Assembly (NCBI GenBank): GCA_008632985.1
Contig: QPGO01000127.1
Location: 186,001-242,161, forward strand
Origin: Psammoneis japonica
Lineage: Eukaryota
DNA length: 56,161 nt
Reading direction: 5' to 3'
Shown: positions 1 through 12,300 of the stretch, piece after piece
Numbering within the stretch: the first letter of the stretch is position 1
Layout: the number at the start of each line of letters is the position of its first letter
Notes under the pieces: generated by a model
The model's input: only the letters and a program-made list of their open reading frames with translations
What the model was told of the DNA's origin: nothing
Databases searched by the model: none
Program-made: the position numbers and the translations under genes

Positions 1-170
1 GCGCTGCCGATTCGAAACGCAAGGAAAAGGTCCCCTATAAAGTGAAAGAACAGGCTGGTCTCAGGGCTGACGAGACCACCAGAGATCACCCAGCCAGTGG
101 ATTCCACCAACACGATCGTCTGAATCTTTTCAGATGGATTTTATCGGAAGAAGATCTTTTGTTAGAAACG

Positions 171-1181
171 ATGCAGCCGGACAACGCTTGTCCGTTCCCT
201 CGGCGTTCTTGGTTGGTGGCAAATGCGAGCTGCATTTTCGTTCAAACTATCATGATCTACCTAGTCGTTGTCATCATTACGCATCTTGTCAAGACTGTCA
301 TGTTCACAAGGAAGTCTTGTGCATCAGATACCAGTGTCGGATCAAGTACCACCGCAGCTGTAGATCCTGTGAAAGAAAAGCTCGACACGAGTCGTACTCT
401 ATTCATTGACGGCGACTACGACGGTGCCTTGGAGGAACTCTACAAGGGCCTTGCTATTTCTCAAGAAGCCTTGGAAAAGGCACAGATTGACTCGGCTACT
501 TGTCACAATGACATTGGTGTTATTCTTCAAAAGCAAGGTAATCACAAGCAAGCCTTGAGGCAACATCGCAAGGCACTCGCCATGTGCAAGGCCGTCTTTG
601 GCAAGACCCATCCAGACGTTGCGGAATGCCACAACAATATCGGTTTGGTATTTGAAGAGCAGAAGCGCTACGATGAAGCCTTGGTGCACTATCACAAGGC
701 ACTTTCAATCCACAAGGCTGTCCGTGGCAAAAATCATCCCGACACTGCTTCGAGTTACAATCACATTGGATTGGTTCTGAACCGGCAAGGCAATTATACT
801 GCCGCCTTGGAAGAGTTTGAAAAGTCACTATCGATTCGCAAATCCACCCTTGGTAAGGATCATCCCGACACGGCTGAGAGTTACAAGAACATTGGCGTGG
901 CTCTGGCCAACTGGGATGACTACAGTGCGTCCGTCGTGGAGCTTGAAAAGGCGCTTGAGATTTGTCAGGCCGCCGTGGGCAACGACCACCCTGATACTGC
1001 AATTGTACACTACAGCATTGGCCTGGCTCTTGCTAAAGAAGGCAGCCATGTGGATGCCTGGGCTTCGTTTCGAAAGGCTCTAGCCATTCGTGAAGAGGTT
1101 TTGGGACTAACCCACCCACAAACCGTGGCTACTCGTAAAAGCATGAAGGAAATGGAAACAAAAATCCGTTTATGCAGCTAG
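171..1181 (+). CDS. Tetratricopeptide-repeat protein (kinesin light chain/nephrocystin-3-like TPRs) with N-terminal hydrophobic segment
   Basis: Repeated 42-aa units 'GKxHPDTAxSYNNIGxV...ALxI' in ORF 42..1181. First ATG is at 171; start uncertain. Confidence 0.85.
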   Translation: MQPDNACPFPRRSWLVANASCIFVQTIMIYLVVVIITHLVKTVMFTRKSCASDTSVGSSTTAAVDPVKEKLDTSRTLFIDGDYDGALEELYKGLAISQEALEKAQIDSATCHNDIGVILQKQGNHKQALRQHRKALAMCKAVFGKTHPDVAECHNNIGLVFEEQKRYDEALVHYHKALSIHKAVRGKNHPDTASSYNHIGLVLNRQGNYTAALEEFEKSLSIRKSTLGKDHPDTAESYKNIGVALANWDDYSASVVELEKALEICQAAVGNDHPDTAIVHYSIGLALAKEGSHVDAWASFRKALAIREEVLGLTHPQTVATRKSMKEMETKIRLCS

Positions 1182-1312
1182 AAGAAAATCCTTAGTAGTG
1201 AAAACCATACGGTAATTAGCAAGATGGTTACATGTAATGTATGTATACTGTAATCCTCAGTGCACTCGACAACTTATATATGATATAGCTAGCACTTTCC
1301 TTGTTCGTCCTG

Positions 1313-2650
1313 TTATGAATTATTCCGGCTATTACTGCGAGACAAACTTGAATCCAACAATGGCGGCATGTTCGCCTTTTCTTTCAGTGTTTCAATTTCT
1401 CTTGTCAATATTTCAACACACTCATCCATTGTTGGTCTCTTTTTTGCATTGCTATCCCAACACCTCTGCACAAGATCCTTGAGTGCCCCGGGCCATTTGG
1501 GATCGACGGGTGGGCGTTGGTTTCCAATCGCGACATGACGGAGGTGCGCCGTCTTGGTTAAAATGTCATTAAAGGGACTGCTGAGCGCCAGCACTTGCCA
1601 AAGCAACAGTCCAAAGCTGTACACATCCACCTTGTAATTGTATCTACGACAGAGTGCCACTTCGGGAGCCATGTACCGCCGACTGCCCGTTTCTGCCGAC
1701 AACTTGTACACATCGTCCGCGGACCACGTGTCGAGGTGTTTGGCGAGTCCAAAGTCAAACAGCTGAACGTCACCGTCCACCGTCAGGCCACAATTTTCGG
1801 GCTTTAAATCTCGAAACATAATGTGGTGTTGGTGCAAGTATTGAAGAGCCGACGCCAAATCCAAAGCAACGGTCAGCCGTTCGCACAAAAACAATTGTCG
1901 ATTGCGTCGCAACGAAAGGGGCATGTAAAGACGAGTCAAGCGTTGTTTGGAATACTCTTTCCATACTCGCAAACGCTTGTCCAGAGTCGAGTGTAGCAAA
2001 TCCAACAATAGAAAGAACTGATCGCCACTGGCGTCGGACGAAACGCCACGGAGTTTGATAATGTTTGGATGATTCAAGGACGCCAAGAGACGGGCTTCGT
2101 ATTCCAAATCCTTGGCACCCGTACGGCAACGTCTTGGATTTCTCAATGTTACATCACTCAATACTTTGACAGCGTATTCGTGTTGGTCTGTTGGGACAAG
2201 AAGATCATGACCCCAAACCGACAAAACGGGAGGCGGGCCGTATAGTTCATCTTGTTCATGGTTACTACTACTCGCATCAACATTATGAAATTGCTTCACC
2301 TTGTACACGGTACAAAAGCCACCCTTACCCAGAATGCGACCGAGTTCAATGCTGGATCGTGGCATTCGCCAAACACTCGATCCCGCCTGGCGATGATGAA
2401 TCGCCACTTTATTGCTGCTACTGCTGTGTGATGTTGTCGTTTCGGTTGCCGCTATTTTCATTTCATGATGATCTTCGGCAAAGACTTTGGAATTCTTTCT
2501 CGATAACATTATTTTTTTGAAATAGAGAATTTTGTGATGGGATTTGAACTGACATGACATGACACGGGTATGATGCTCTCTTTTCGTTTTGTGACATCCG
2601 TGTTGGCAGTCGCAAGGATGATGATGATGATGTGATGCCCCACTTCGCAT
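1313..2650 (-). CDS. Protein kinase (TKL-like)
   Basis: Motifs LGKGGF, YAVK, FRDLKPEN, DFGLA, GSRRYMAPE, DVYSFG. True start may be downstream (e.g. ATG at 2509). Confidence 0.92.
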   Translation of the reverse strand: MRSGASHHHHHPCDCQHGCHKTKREHHTRVMSCQFKSHHKILYFKKIMLSRKNSKVFAEDHHEMKIAATETTTSHSSSSNKVAIHHRQAGSSVWRMPRSSIELGRILGKGGFCTVYKVKQFHNVDASSSNHEQDELYGPPPVLSVWGHDLLVPTDQHEYAVKVLSDVTLRNPRRCRTGAKDLEYEARLLASLNHPNIIKLRGVSSDASGDQFFLLLDLLHSTLDKRLRVWKEYSKQRLTRLYMPLSLRRNRQLFLCERLTVALDLASALQYLHQHHIMFRDLKPENCGLTVDGDVQLFDFGLAKHLDTWSADDVYKLSAETGSRRYMAPEVALCRRYNYKVDVYSFGLLLWQVLALSSPFNDILTKTAHLRHVAIGNQRPPVDPKWPGALKDLVQRCWDSNAKKRPTMDECVEILTREIETLKEKANMPPLLDSSLSRSNSRNNS

Positions 2651-2987
2651 CGAATCGTGACACGAGCATTCGCGTTTTATGAAACAGTTTGTTCTTTGAA
2701 ATGAACACTCGAATATATCCGATCCTAAATATAATTTATGTTGTGATTCTCCGAATTTCCCTCCGACAAAAAATAACGGTCGGGAGTTCGTGGTCGTGAA
2801 GGTGTCACACCGATAACGTACAGACTGACATTCGCCAATCCCGCTTCATAGGGCCTACCGGTACATTCAACGATCGACCCTCATTTTTCTGCAAGCGAAA
2901 GTGCAACACAATGATGCGTTGAAGTCTATTCAAATCGAGCCATAAGTGTGTAAATCTACCTACCTCAGCAGCTTGAGAGAAGCTTCA

Positions 2988-4454
2988 ATGATGTTCAAAG
3001 CCATCAGGAAGCAAGAGGCTCGTGTTACAGAAGATGCAGACTCGTTGTTGTTTCCCAAAGACGAAGAAGAAATGTTTCTCAAAACTGCTCGGGCAAAATT
3101 CAATGAGCTCGACAAAAATCAAGATGGTCGTATTTCCGTGTCGGAACTCCAAGCCATGCCGGAATTAAGCGCTTCTCAACGAAAACAGGCAACGTCTGTT
3201 CACAAGCTCATGTTGGTGGATTCAAAAAAGGACGTGGTGGAGTTTGACGATTTTTTGAGATTTGCTCGTAGGCGACGAAACGCGTTGAAAAAAGCCTTTA
3301 ATACCATCCTTGGCAACAACAACAACAACAACAACAACAACAAAAATCAGCTAAAAGTAGGTAATGAGCCGTGTTTTACAGCGGATCAATTGAAACGAGC
3401 CGCCAACCAAGCCGGATTGCCCTTGTCGGATGACGATATTCAGGAATTTATGCAACAAGTCGATCGCAACCACGACGGCTATGTGACGTTTGATGAGTTC
3501 GTCACGTGCACCATGATGGTTCCACACTTGAATCCGTATCGCTTTATTGATCAGTACTTTGTGGAAGCCTTTCATTCGTCTACATCGTTTTCTTCGGACT
3601 TTACCTTTTGTCGCAATGTTCCACGACGCGAGGGAGAAGACCTACGGGATATGGTGACGCGCAAAATGACGTGTGGAGGAGCGGCGGGGATCTTGAGTAG
3701 CACCTTGACGGCTCCCATTGATCGAATACGATTGTTAATGATGACGAGTGGAACACGACTTTCCATAACGTCAGCCTATCAAAAGGCTGTATCACACGTG
3801 TCTGGCTTTCGTGCTCTGTGGATGGGCAATGGCGTGAGTTGTGTCAAGATTGCTCCAGAAATGGGCATCAAATTGTATTGTTTTGATTATTTCAAGACCC
3901 TCATTGCCAAAGATTCCAGTCATGTCACGCCAATGGAACAATTCATGGCGGGTGGTTGTGCCGGTGCCGTGGCGGAATGTACCGTCTACCCCATGGATGT
4001 GTTACGGACGCGACTGGCCACGGGAATGTATGCGGGCGTCCGAGATTGTGCGGTGTCGACATGGCAAACGGGAGGAGCACGAGCCTTTTTGGCCGGTTTG
4101 TCGCCGAGTATTGCAGGAATTATACCCTATGCATCGATTGATTTGGGTGTCAACTCGTTGCTCAAAGAAAGACTTTTAAAACGACAACAAGAGCCCAACG
4201 TCCCCATCCTGTTGGCGTGTGGCATGGCGTCGTCGGCGACTGCAGCAATCTTGACTTTTCCCATTGTTGTCGTTCGGACTCAAGCCCAAGCTACCGGGCA
4301 TTCAATTCATAATGTGATTCGGGGGTTGTGGAAGCACGGCGGGTTTTATCGAGGAATTGTTCCAAGCTTGATGAAGGTCATCCCAGCAACATCCATTAGC
4401 TATGCTGCATATGACTTGTTGAATGCGAGATGGAAATTCTCAAACGAGCATTGA
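2988..4454 (+). CDS. Calcium-binding mitochondrial carrier (SCaMC/SLC25A24-like ATP-Mg/Pi carrier)
   Basis: EF-hands (DKNQDGRISVSE, DRNHDGYVTFDE) followed by three carrier repeats (PIDRIR, PMDVLRTR, PIVVVRTQ). Confidence 0.9.
   Translation: MMFKAIRKQEARVTEDADSLLFPKDEEEMFLKTARAKFNELDKNQDGRISVSELQAMPELSASQRKQATSVHKLMLVDSKKDVVEFDDFLRFARRRRNALKKAFNTILGNNNNNNNNNKNQLKVGNEPCFTADQLKRAANQAGLPLSDDDIQEFMQQVDRNHDGYVTFDEFVTCTMMVPHLNPYRFIDQYFVEAFHSSTSFSSDFTFCRNVPRREGEDLRDMVTRKMTCGGAAGILSSTLTAPIDRIRLLMMTSGTRLSITSAYQKAVSHVSGFRALWMGNGVSCVKIAPEMGIKLYCFDYFKTLIAKDSSHVTPMEQFMAGGCAGAVAECTVYPMDVLRTRLATGMYAGVRDCAVSTWQTGGARAFLAGLSPSIAGIIPYASIDLGVNSLLKERLLKRQQEPNVPILLACGMASSATAAILTFPIVVVRTQAQATGHSIHNVIRGLWKHGGFYRGIVPSLMKVIPATSISYAAYDLLNARWKFSNEH
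3315..3341 (+). repeat. (AAC)9 microsatellite encoding poly-Asn
   Basis: Seen directly inside the carrier CDS. Confidence 0.95.
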
Positions 4455-4689
4455 TGGAACGGAAGAACTGTCCAATGCATAGTTATGAACGCCGTTCTGT
4501 ATCGAAAAAAGAATAGAAAAATAAAGTAGAAACGCTAAACGAAATCATTTCATGGTCAATGGCAAGCTAATTCCTACTAGAGAGCATCACGTACGCCATT
4601 ACTTCTGCTAGGCACACGCCGTACTCAGTTGATGGTGCACACTAGGGCCCTACAGTGTAAGAGCATTCGGGTCGTAAGGACATTCGGCC

Positions 4690-5760
4690 TCATTTGTTAC
4701 TGTTCGTGTGCGCTTTGTCGTCATTCATAGTGTTGGGTGCAGTCAACTCTCGAACAACACAATCTTTGGGAAGGAGAGTCAGGCATGGACTCGTTCTTCC
4801 AAACATTGGGAGTGGTTTGAGATCTCTATTTCACTCGAAATGTTTTTGAAAAGTCTGTCCTTCTTTTGCCTGACTCATTTTTGTCTTCAAAGTGTCCATT
4901 CCCCTCACAATGCTCTCCTCCACAACAAGGGGATTCTCCTCCCATCTCTTTAGAGGACTGAGTTCAGTGTCAATCCTGCGTCCCATGTGTGTGAAAGAGT
5001 GCAGATGTTGGCGGCATTCACTTTGTTCTTGTCATTCCATCCACAACAGAAAGTTGGACTCCCGCCCCTTGCCATCTGGAAAAGCACCTTTGAACCCCAA
5101 CATTTTGGTTTGCTGATTTGAAGTTCAACAGGAGCATTCTGGAACAGGGCGTCCACTTCTGCATTGAACAAAACCAAGTTGTGACCGATGTTCATTGTTT
5201 GCATGTGGTTCACAAATTCAACCTTGTGCTGACCGGCGGTGCTGTCAGTGGACTTGCCCATCATGAAGCACTCAAATTGAAATGCTTGAGACTGACAATC
5301 TTGTTTGCATTTGAAAATCATTGCACTTTGACCATTGAAAATTGCACCAAAAGTTTGGGCTGCACATCTCATGTGAAAAGGGGGGCATTTTTCGTGCATG
5401 TGCGCACCTCGGTCGGTCTGAAATAAGTCAGATGACCTCTCCTCCTTGGTTGTTGCAGACACCTTGTGCACAGTTGGCTTTTTCACCACACAAAATTCAA
5501 GCTGTTTTGCTCTTCCAGTTGGCGCTCACCAAGCTGCTTTGAACAAGTGCTCTTTGACTTTGCACAGCCACCACGTGCTGTGCACAAGAAAAGAGCGCAG
5601 ACAACACCTCTGAGAATCTCTTTTTGTGCTCTGAGCATGAGATATTTCCGAGACCTTGAAACCCATCATGCCCTGCAATTGAAGTGCCTTTATGTTGTGA
5701 AACTCCGTCTTGTAGCTGTCGCAGAGAGAGCTCTGCATGCGGCGATTTGCGGAGATTCAA
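4690..5760 (-). mobile_element. Degenerate retroelement fragment, possibly Penelope-like reverse transcriptase; TpA-depleted
   Basis: ORF 4950..5489(-) contains 'LVLFNAEVDALFQNAPVE', resembling the PLE RT motif 'LVSFDVxSLFTNVPV'. The block is almost devoid of TpA. Confidence 0.45.
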
Positions 5761-5915
5761 GTACAGTATGTGCGTCGTACGTACCGGGATTACTTCAGTA
5801 GTGGCCGCAGCTCACTGTTATCTGTTATCTGCTGATGTTGTTGATGCTTGATGTTTGATGGTTTATGGTTTAGCTTTCTTTGCGACTCTCTGTAGTAGAA
5901 GAAGAGTTGACAAAA

Positions 5916-6779
5916 ATGGAGAATACGATCTGCTTTAACATGGTTTATGGCTTGCTATTTCTGTTCATGTCCCATCTTTGTGTGTCTCATGGGTTGAGTT
6001 TCAGTCGTAGTCAAACAAGAGCTCGTACGCAAGATCCATGTGCTGATCGTCGCACGCTTCTCGGTTCTCTAGCTGGGACCTTGACAATTGCTGCTACCAA
6101 CCCTTCGTTTGCGGAGGATGAACAAGAGATTGAAGTGTATTTTGGTTGTGGTTGTTTTTGGCACGTTCAGCACGAATTTGTGGAGGCAGAACGTCGCATT
6201 CTGGGACGCAAAAGCGACTCGCAACTCACGGCACGGGCTGGGTATGCGGGCGGAAAGGCTGGAGCCGTCGACGGCAAGGTGTGCTATCATAATGCGGGTA
6301 TGGTTGCTGATTATGGTAAACTGGGACATGCGGAAGTGGTGCGATTGAAGATACCTGCCTCGTCGTTTACAGACTTTGCAACCGAGTATTTCAACTTGTT
6401 TGATAAGGATGGGAACCGTCCTGATCAATTTGGAGACCGAGGTACGGAGTATCGAAACCTTGTCGGTGTACCCGGGGGAACTCAGTCGGAATATGCAAAA
6501 CAACTTGTGGCGGCCTCTCAAGCTGCTGGGGATAAGCTAGATTTTGCAAAAGGCAAGGGAGACGATCCCGATGCCCGTGCGCTAGCCTTTGTCATGGATA
6601 CCGCTAGCTTTCCCTTTTTCGTTGCGGAGCAATACCACCAATTTCATGATGGATTCAACATTGGAGAGAACTATCCAAACTCCTACAATGACATCGCGAA
6701 CAAATTGTCCAAGGAAGGCACTCTGGGTGTCAGCAAGTGTCCCAACGGATTGCTAGGTATTGGGGCCTTGGGGTTGTAG
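5916..6779 (+). CDS. Peptide methionine sulfoxide reductase MsrA-like protein with N-terminal targeting peptide
   Basis: YFGCGCFWHVQ (MsrA GCFW), GYAGG, GHAEVV, GTEYR, AEQYHQ motifs. Signal-like N-terminus followed by RRTLL (possible thylakoid-targeting motif). Confidence 0.85.
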   Translation: MENTICFNMVYGLLFLFMSHLCVSHGLSFSRSQTRARTQDPCADRRTLLGSLAGTLTIAATNPSFAEDEQEIEVYFGCGCFWHVQHEFVEAERRILGRKSDSQLTARAGYAGGKAGAVDGKVCYHNAGMVADYGKLGHAEVVRLKIPASSFTDFATEYFNLFDKDGNRPDQFGDRGTEYRNLVGVPGGTQSEYAKQLVAASQAAGDKLDFAKGKGDDPDARALAFVMDTASFPFFVAEQYHQFHDGFNIGENYPNSYNDIANKLSKEGTLGVSKCPNGLLGIGALGL

Positions 6780-7862
6780 CACCTCAGTTGTGTTCAAAGA
6801 AATCTACATAAGAACGTGGCACAGCGAGAAAAGGCTCTGTGAAAGACAAGTCTAGCAGCAATGTATCTGACGAAACAAGCTGTTGTTGGCTTGTATTGCC
6901 GGAATGATTAAGCCTTTTTACGTACTTTTCGTCCCATGGCATATAATTCGCTTCGTTATACTCTCCTCCCACTAGTAGAGAAGCTGAAAAGCTTCAGAGT
7001 TTTATCTGAATCGCTGTCTTTACCTGTTACACAGCTGGCGGGGGAGCCACTCTGGCAATAATGGCTGCAGCCGCTTGCCGAATTGACTGCAGTGAGCTGC
7101 AATCTACACAGAAACAGTGCATGCATTCGCGTCTCCGTTGAGGTTCGGTTCCACAAATGCAGCACCTCGAGGCACAACAAACAAAATGGTCCCTGGGTCA
7201 TTGAATGGAATTGATATGTTGCGGAGGAATTGCTGTCGAAAGCGACGGCTCTTGTAAGTACGAACTGCGCCAATGGTGAACTGGAAGCACCAAAGGTCAC
7301 CTTTCGAGCCAACGATAGCAAAAGAAATAACGTGGCTTGTGTTTGGAGGGGTGGAGTGCTTTCCTGAAGCTGCTGTTGGATGGACTGGCCCAGCTGGCAG
7401 ATGACAGACCCACTTTAATGGCAGCATTTTGCAAACGGGCCAGTTTTCACGTTGCAGCCATGAAAGAAGCAATGTACGTGAAAAGAGAAACCGTTGAAAC
7501 TAACTTGTTTTTGAACATGAAGAATATTGGACATACTAGCTAGGTTTTGACTGACCCGAACTAGTGTGGAGTATGGCCCTAGCACTTAAAACTTGGTTTT
7601 CTATAGGACCATTGCTGTGCCGTGGGTACGAAGCAAATGATTATCAAGGAGTAATGCTGTAGGGTCCCACGACTGATAGTTTTCACCACAGTGGCTTTCC
7701 AGTGGCACTTTTGAATGGCTTGGCGGGGGAAGTTGTGGGGATCGACGACACATCTCTGCTGGGTGGCTTGTCGTTGCTCTGGAGTCTGGATCTATTTGTC
7801 TCCATTCCAATCTTCCCAAAGGTCTACTAGATAGCTTCCACCATGGCAGTTGTCAACCTCTT

Positions 7863-8753
7863 TTAATTCACAAACAACACCATGGTTGCCAATGCCACAG
7901 AAATGGTGGTCCACGACCACTGATATCTCATCCAATAAATGAGATTGCCAATCGTTTTTCCTGATAACCATGGATGGATCCGATAGAGGATGGTCCGGAT
8001 CTTGGCTTGACGTCGAAAGGCCAGTAAAAAGCTCGTGTCGGCTGTATTCACTCGCGGAAAGGGTTCCTCTCGTGGACACGTCCTGTCGGGAAGAAGAAAG
8101 TGGGCACACAGAGGTTCCCATCCGTCCTTGACACTGAACGGCACCAGTTTCTCTGGTGGCACAGTCTGTTGAACCTTGGTTTGATACTCGTGATAGGCCC
8201 GTTCGCAGGTTTTTAGGGATACCGACGCGTGTCGTTCCAGTGGATTGTCCGAGTCTTGAATGCCATGCACGTGGACTTCTTCTCGTCGAATGCCCTGTTT
8301 GGCCTTGGACCAATTTCCAAACGGATTCTTGATCTTGTCGGGATGCGAATCAAACGGTGGTTGATAGAGAATCACATCCAAACTGTGCGACATTTCCACC
8401 ATGGACCGTGCCCAATTGGAAGCATTGCGTTGTGTCATCAATACCTTAGCGTTGGGGTAGTATTCCATCAAGTCTTGGTACACAAAACAGGACGGCTGAT
8501 CGAGGGTCGCCGTAAAGCCATCTCGGCTCAGAAGTTCCACAAAGGCATCCATGCATTCGGTCCGGCGTGTTGCGTTGTGCGTGACGGCGTCGGCTTGGAC
8601 CAGATCGTACCAAATGGCACGATACTCATCGTTCCATTCCAGAGCATGAAAGACTTTGTGCCCGATCCGTTCCAGGGCGATCTTGATGGATGCTGTGCCA
8701 CTCCGTGGCAATGCGGCAGCAATGATCAATAAGGGTGTGGTAATGTTCACCAT
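7863..8753 (-). CDS. Sulfotransferase-family P-loop protein (Sulfotransfer_4-like) with C-terminal TM helix
   Basis: ALPRSGTASIKIALERIG, YPNAKVLMTQR, VPPEKL..FSVKDGWEPLCAH, PFPRVN. Confidence 0.88.
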   Translation of the reverse strand: MVNITTPLLIIAAALPRSGTASIKIALERIGHKVFHALEWNDEYRAIWYDLVQADAVTHNATRRTECMDAFVELLSRDGFTATLDQPSCFVYQDLMEYYPNAKVLMTQRNASNWARSMVEMSHSLDVILYQPPFDSHPDKIKNPFGNWSKAKQGIRREEVHVHGIQDSDNPLERHASVSLKTCERAYHEYQTKVQQTVPPEKLVPFSVKDGWEPLCAHFLLPDRTCPREEPFPRVNTADTSFLLAFRRQAKIRTILYRIHPWLSGKTIGNLIYWMRYQWSWTTISVALATMVLFVN

Positions 8754-8834
8754 GTTGTATGGAATGGGGGCAGCAGAGTGTGCTATGCATGATTTGTGAT
8801 GTTCAATGTGATTTTGGTTGCCGCCACCACGTAA

Positions 8835-9203
8835 CGTATGGGGACATACCGAATGATTTTAGCCAGTGGCTAAAATTTTGTGTAGACACATACCAGGTTT
8901 GTACGCTGGTATATTTTCTACACAGAAAATATTTACTATCCATTTTACTGAACCTATAAATGTCATATCTGTAACGGTTTGCTGCTAACTATAACGTTCG
9001 TTAATATAAAACATTCAGCTTTTAAGCGTTTAAAAATAAATACAAAAACAAAAAACCACAAATAATAGTATGTATATAAAAGAAAACAATGGGGTGGCGT
9101 TAAAAGGCGTTATCATTAAATATATCGCATACCAGGAGAAATGCGTAGAATTCTACAGGAGGTTTTTAGCCACTGGCTAAATTTATTCGGGATGTCCCCA
9201 TAC
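8835..9203. mobile_element. MITE (~370 bp) with ~40-bp imperfect terminal inverted repeats
   Basis: Left end CGTATGGGGACATACCGAATGATTTTAGCCAGTGGCTAAAA matches the reverse complement of 9164-9203. AT-rich non-coding interior; TSD not resolved. Confidence 0.8.
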
Positions 9204-9315
9204 GCCGCGCTTCGCTATCGCCTGCTATCGTGGCGTGCGCCAGAATCGCAGTGGCCGTCCGTCCGTACCACCTCCCGCCCGCGAAACAAAACGCACACTT
9301 TTGGCGCCGCTGACC

Positions 9316-12300
9316 ATGGCGGCTCGTTCGGAGACCACGACACTTCTATCACCTGCGCATAACCATCAAAGTACGGCCTCCCTTGTTGCACCTCGTCCAA
9401 TGTCAACAAGAAACAATGGCAGAACCAATGGAAACACTGCTGGTGTGGCTTCAACAGCAATGATCGTCTGGGTGCGCTGCCTCCGCTGCTGTCGTCCAAC
9501 GCTGCGCTGCGCTGCTCGTTGACCAGGATGCAATCCGTGAAGGCATCTGTCAAACTGGGAGATGTTCAGATCAATTTGTAAAAGCCAGATTTGGATTGTT
9601 GGAAGGACAGTCAGTGTCTCTGGCAGACTGACGACCCGTGTCGGCACGTGTTTTTCCACAAGCGATGTGTTTTCATCCCAGGTGAGAAACTTTTGGACAC
9701 ATCACGAGGTTTTCTACGTGTTTCTACATGAGACGTACATTTAGTGCCAAAAATCTTAGTAAAAAACGAGCTCCATGACAGCAAAAATGTGTTTTTCCAT
9801 GTCTCGAACCACAAACCACAATTTGCGCAAACCGAAAATGGCACCATGCCGTCGCCATGAACTCGTCCATTCTCACACCAACGGATGTTGTGACTGAGAA
9901 GGTAAGAATGCCGAGACAGGTCAACAAGACAACGCTCAGTGCGATGATGTGGTTGAAAATTTGATCTTTGTTTTTTGTTGTGCCTTGTGGATGGCCTTTT
10001 GACTCATGACATTTTTGATGCCTCTTTCTCTCTTCCTCAGCTTGCGAAGCAGGATTCTCATCAACGCGCTGCTCCATCCACTTGACACCGGATACTGACA
10101 ACGAAGAATGTTTCTATGACACGTTGCTGTGATTCTTGCAATGTGTCGTCCGCACTTTGAGTCATCATGGACGACGCTTTTGGGTCGCGTGACAACATCA
10201 GATTTCGCCACCGACAAGAGAATCGTCATGTGTTCGGTTTTGAGGGTGTGTGAGGATAAAGAATCTCAGATGCAAGTGTGACAGTTTCATTGTTGTAAAG
10301 TGGAACAATGCCATTAGTGACGTCTTGGTGTTGCAGCCATTTTATTTTATTCTAAGATAGAACCAGTCATTTTGAGCGGTGAAATTTTGTCAACATTTCA
10401 TCTTTAACTCCACTCAGGCATGTCAAATCACACAATGACTGGACACACATTGAACTTTGACGCCACCATTTCAATCCTGTTGTTTTATTCACTCAAGCAT
10501 CCCACACAGGTCGACAGTCGATCTTTGAAGTGGCCGATCGCGCAAAAAAATCACGTGCGAAGTCAGTTCCCCCAATTTTTCTCATGCAAACAATGGAGTT
10601 AGAACGCCGTTCTTTTTTGGTGTGAGCTCTTCACACAATGAACAATGCGTGCATTCTTTCAAAGCAGTCAGATTCGGTGAAAGAAACAGTGGGACAGTCT
10701 CTCAAATGCACCAGAGTGACAACAACGAGCAGACAGCTGTCAGTTTCACTCCAAAAAATGCCGCTTTCAAGACAGCGCTTTTCTTGCACGCACCCTTCAA
10801 CCAATGAGAATGGCGGCTGGCTTTTCAAAATAAACATGTCTGTGGAAAGAAGAAACGAAAAATCGGGGGAAAGTCCAGTCAGATTTGCTCACACAAAAAG
10901 CACGGCGACGGAAAAGGGACAGATGAAACGTCTCACCTCCGCACACGCGTTTCTCACCTGGGATGAAAACACATCAAGCTGCCCAGTGTCTGGCAAGAAA
11001 GTCAACAGGAGTGTGGCACAATGGCCAAAAATGGGAGGCAGACTAAAGAGAGAAAGACTTCTGAGCCTTTTGGGTGCCACCCACAAGTTGACGATTCTGG
11101 GTCATCATGTGGCCGCAGCTGCCAAAAACAGATTCTTGGCATCAGAGCGCGATGCTGGCTGTGAGAGCAACTCACGACAGACAACAAGCCACATTTTTTG
11201 CAACATCCGTGTGTGAGGGCAAGCAGCATGCCACCTTGGCAATTGCAACCATGATTGTTGGTGGCATTGTGGAAGAGCAAAAGCTGCACAATTTGTTTGG
11301 CATCAATGATTGCATCCACGGAGCTGTGGCATTGGGTGCATCGATTCAGCAGCACAAGGACATGTCAGAAACACGTTGGCTTTTGTTCATCAGGGAGGGC
11401 CCATTGCCAACTCCCGAAGACACGGCTTGACTGGAAGTGGTCAGATGGACTCTTAATTCTGCACCAACTCTGGACATCTCACCTGAAAATGTGCCAAATT
11501 TTCCACGATGTGAGTGCCTGCACAAATCTGCAGTTGTTTGGTCATTGTGTGAACCGACATCAGCACCACTCACTCCCAATGCCATCTCCTTGTGTTGTTT
11601 CAGCTAAAACAACATGTGCCAAAATGATGGCACTTGGGCTTGCTGAGTGCAAATGTGTTGTGTTTGTGGATGCCAGCGCCCTTGCAGTGGGGCCACTGGA
11701 TGAGCTGCTGGATTGCAAAATCTTTCATGCTGAGCCTCAGTGCAAACTTGCACTGGTGTTCTAGACTGTCATCACTGTCAGTGGCAGCACTTCAACATGG
11801 GCTCCATGTTGTGGCAAACAAGTGCAAAGGAAATGATGCGAGTCCAAAAATTGATGCGTGATGCCAGCTTCATAAAGAGATTTGAGAGTGATCAGATCTT
11901 TCTCAACCATGTTCACCCAGACCAAATGAACAAGCAAGTGTGCCAAGTGGTTGTGAGTGGCGCATGAGTTGTCAAAAAAGAAGACTCCTGGGGTGCTGTC
12001 TTGGCTCTGTCATGGGACTGCAATGCACAAACACATGTCACAGTGAAGCTCAAGGATCGTTGGATGACACACCAATCCACAGTGAAGATTGCTCGCTTTT
12101 CAGAAAAGAGAGGTTGGCAATGTGAGGAACGCCATGAACCACTGCCATTGCTGCTGACTGCTGGGCACAAAACCCAAAAAAGATGCAACCGCAGTGCTCC
12201 CATGTGCTTTTGCCGTGAAGCTCACTTGTGGTGGGACACTTTGCACAGAGCAGAGCAAATCAGCAAATTGCAGTTTAGGAGCAGCAGCATTCTCATGTCA

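Noticed and set aside
7000..7470. Minus-strand ORF 7104..7472 with faint resemblance to a Crinkler/RHS-like C-terminal domain
   Set aside because: Short, no clear motif; cannot be supported without a profile search.
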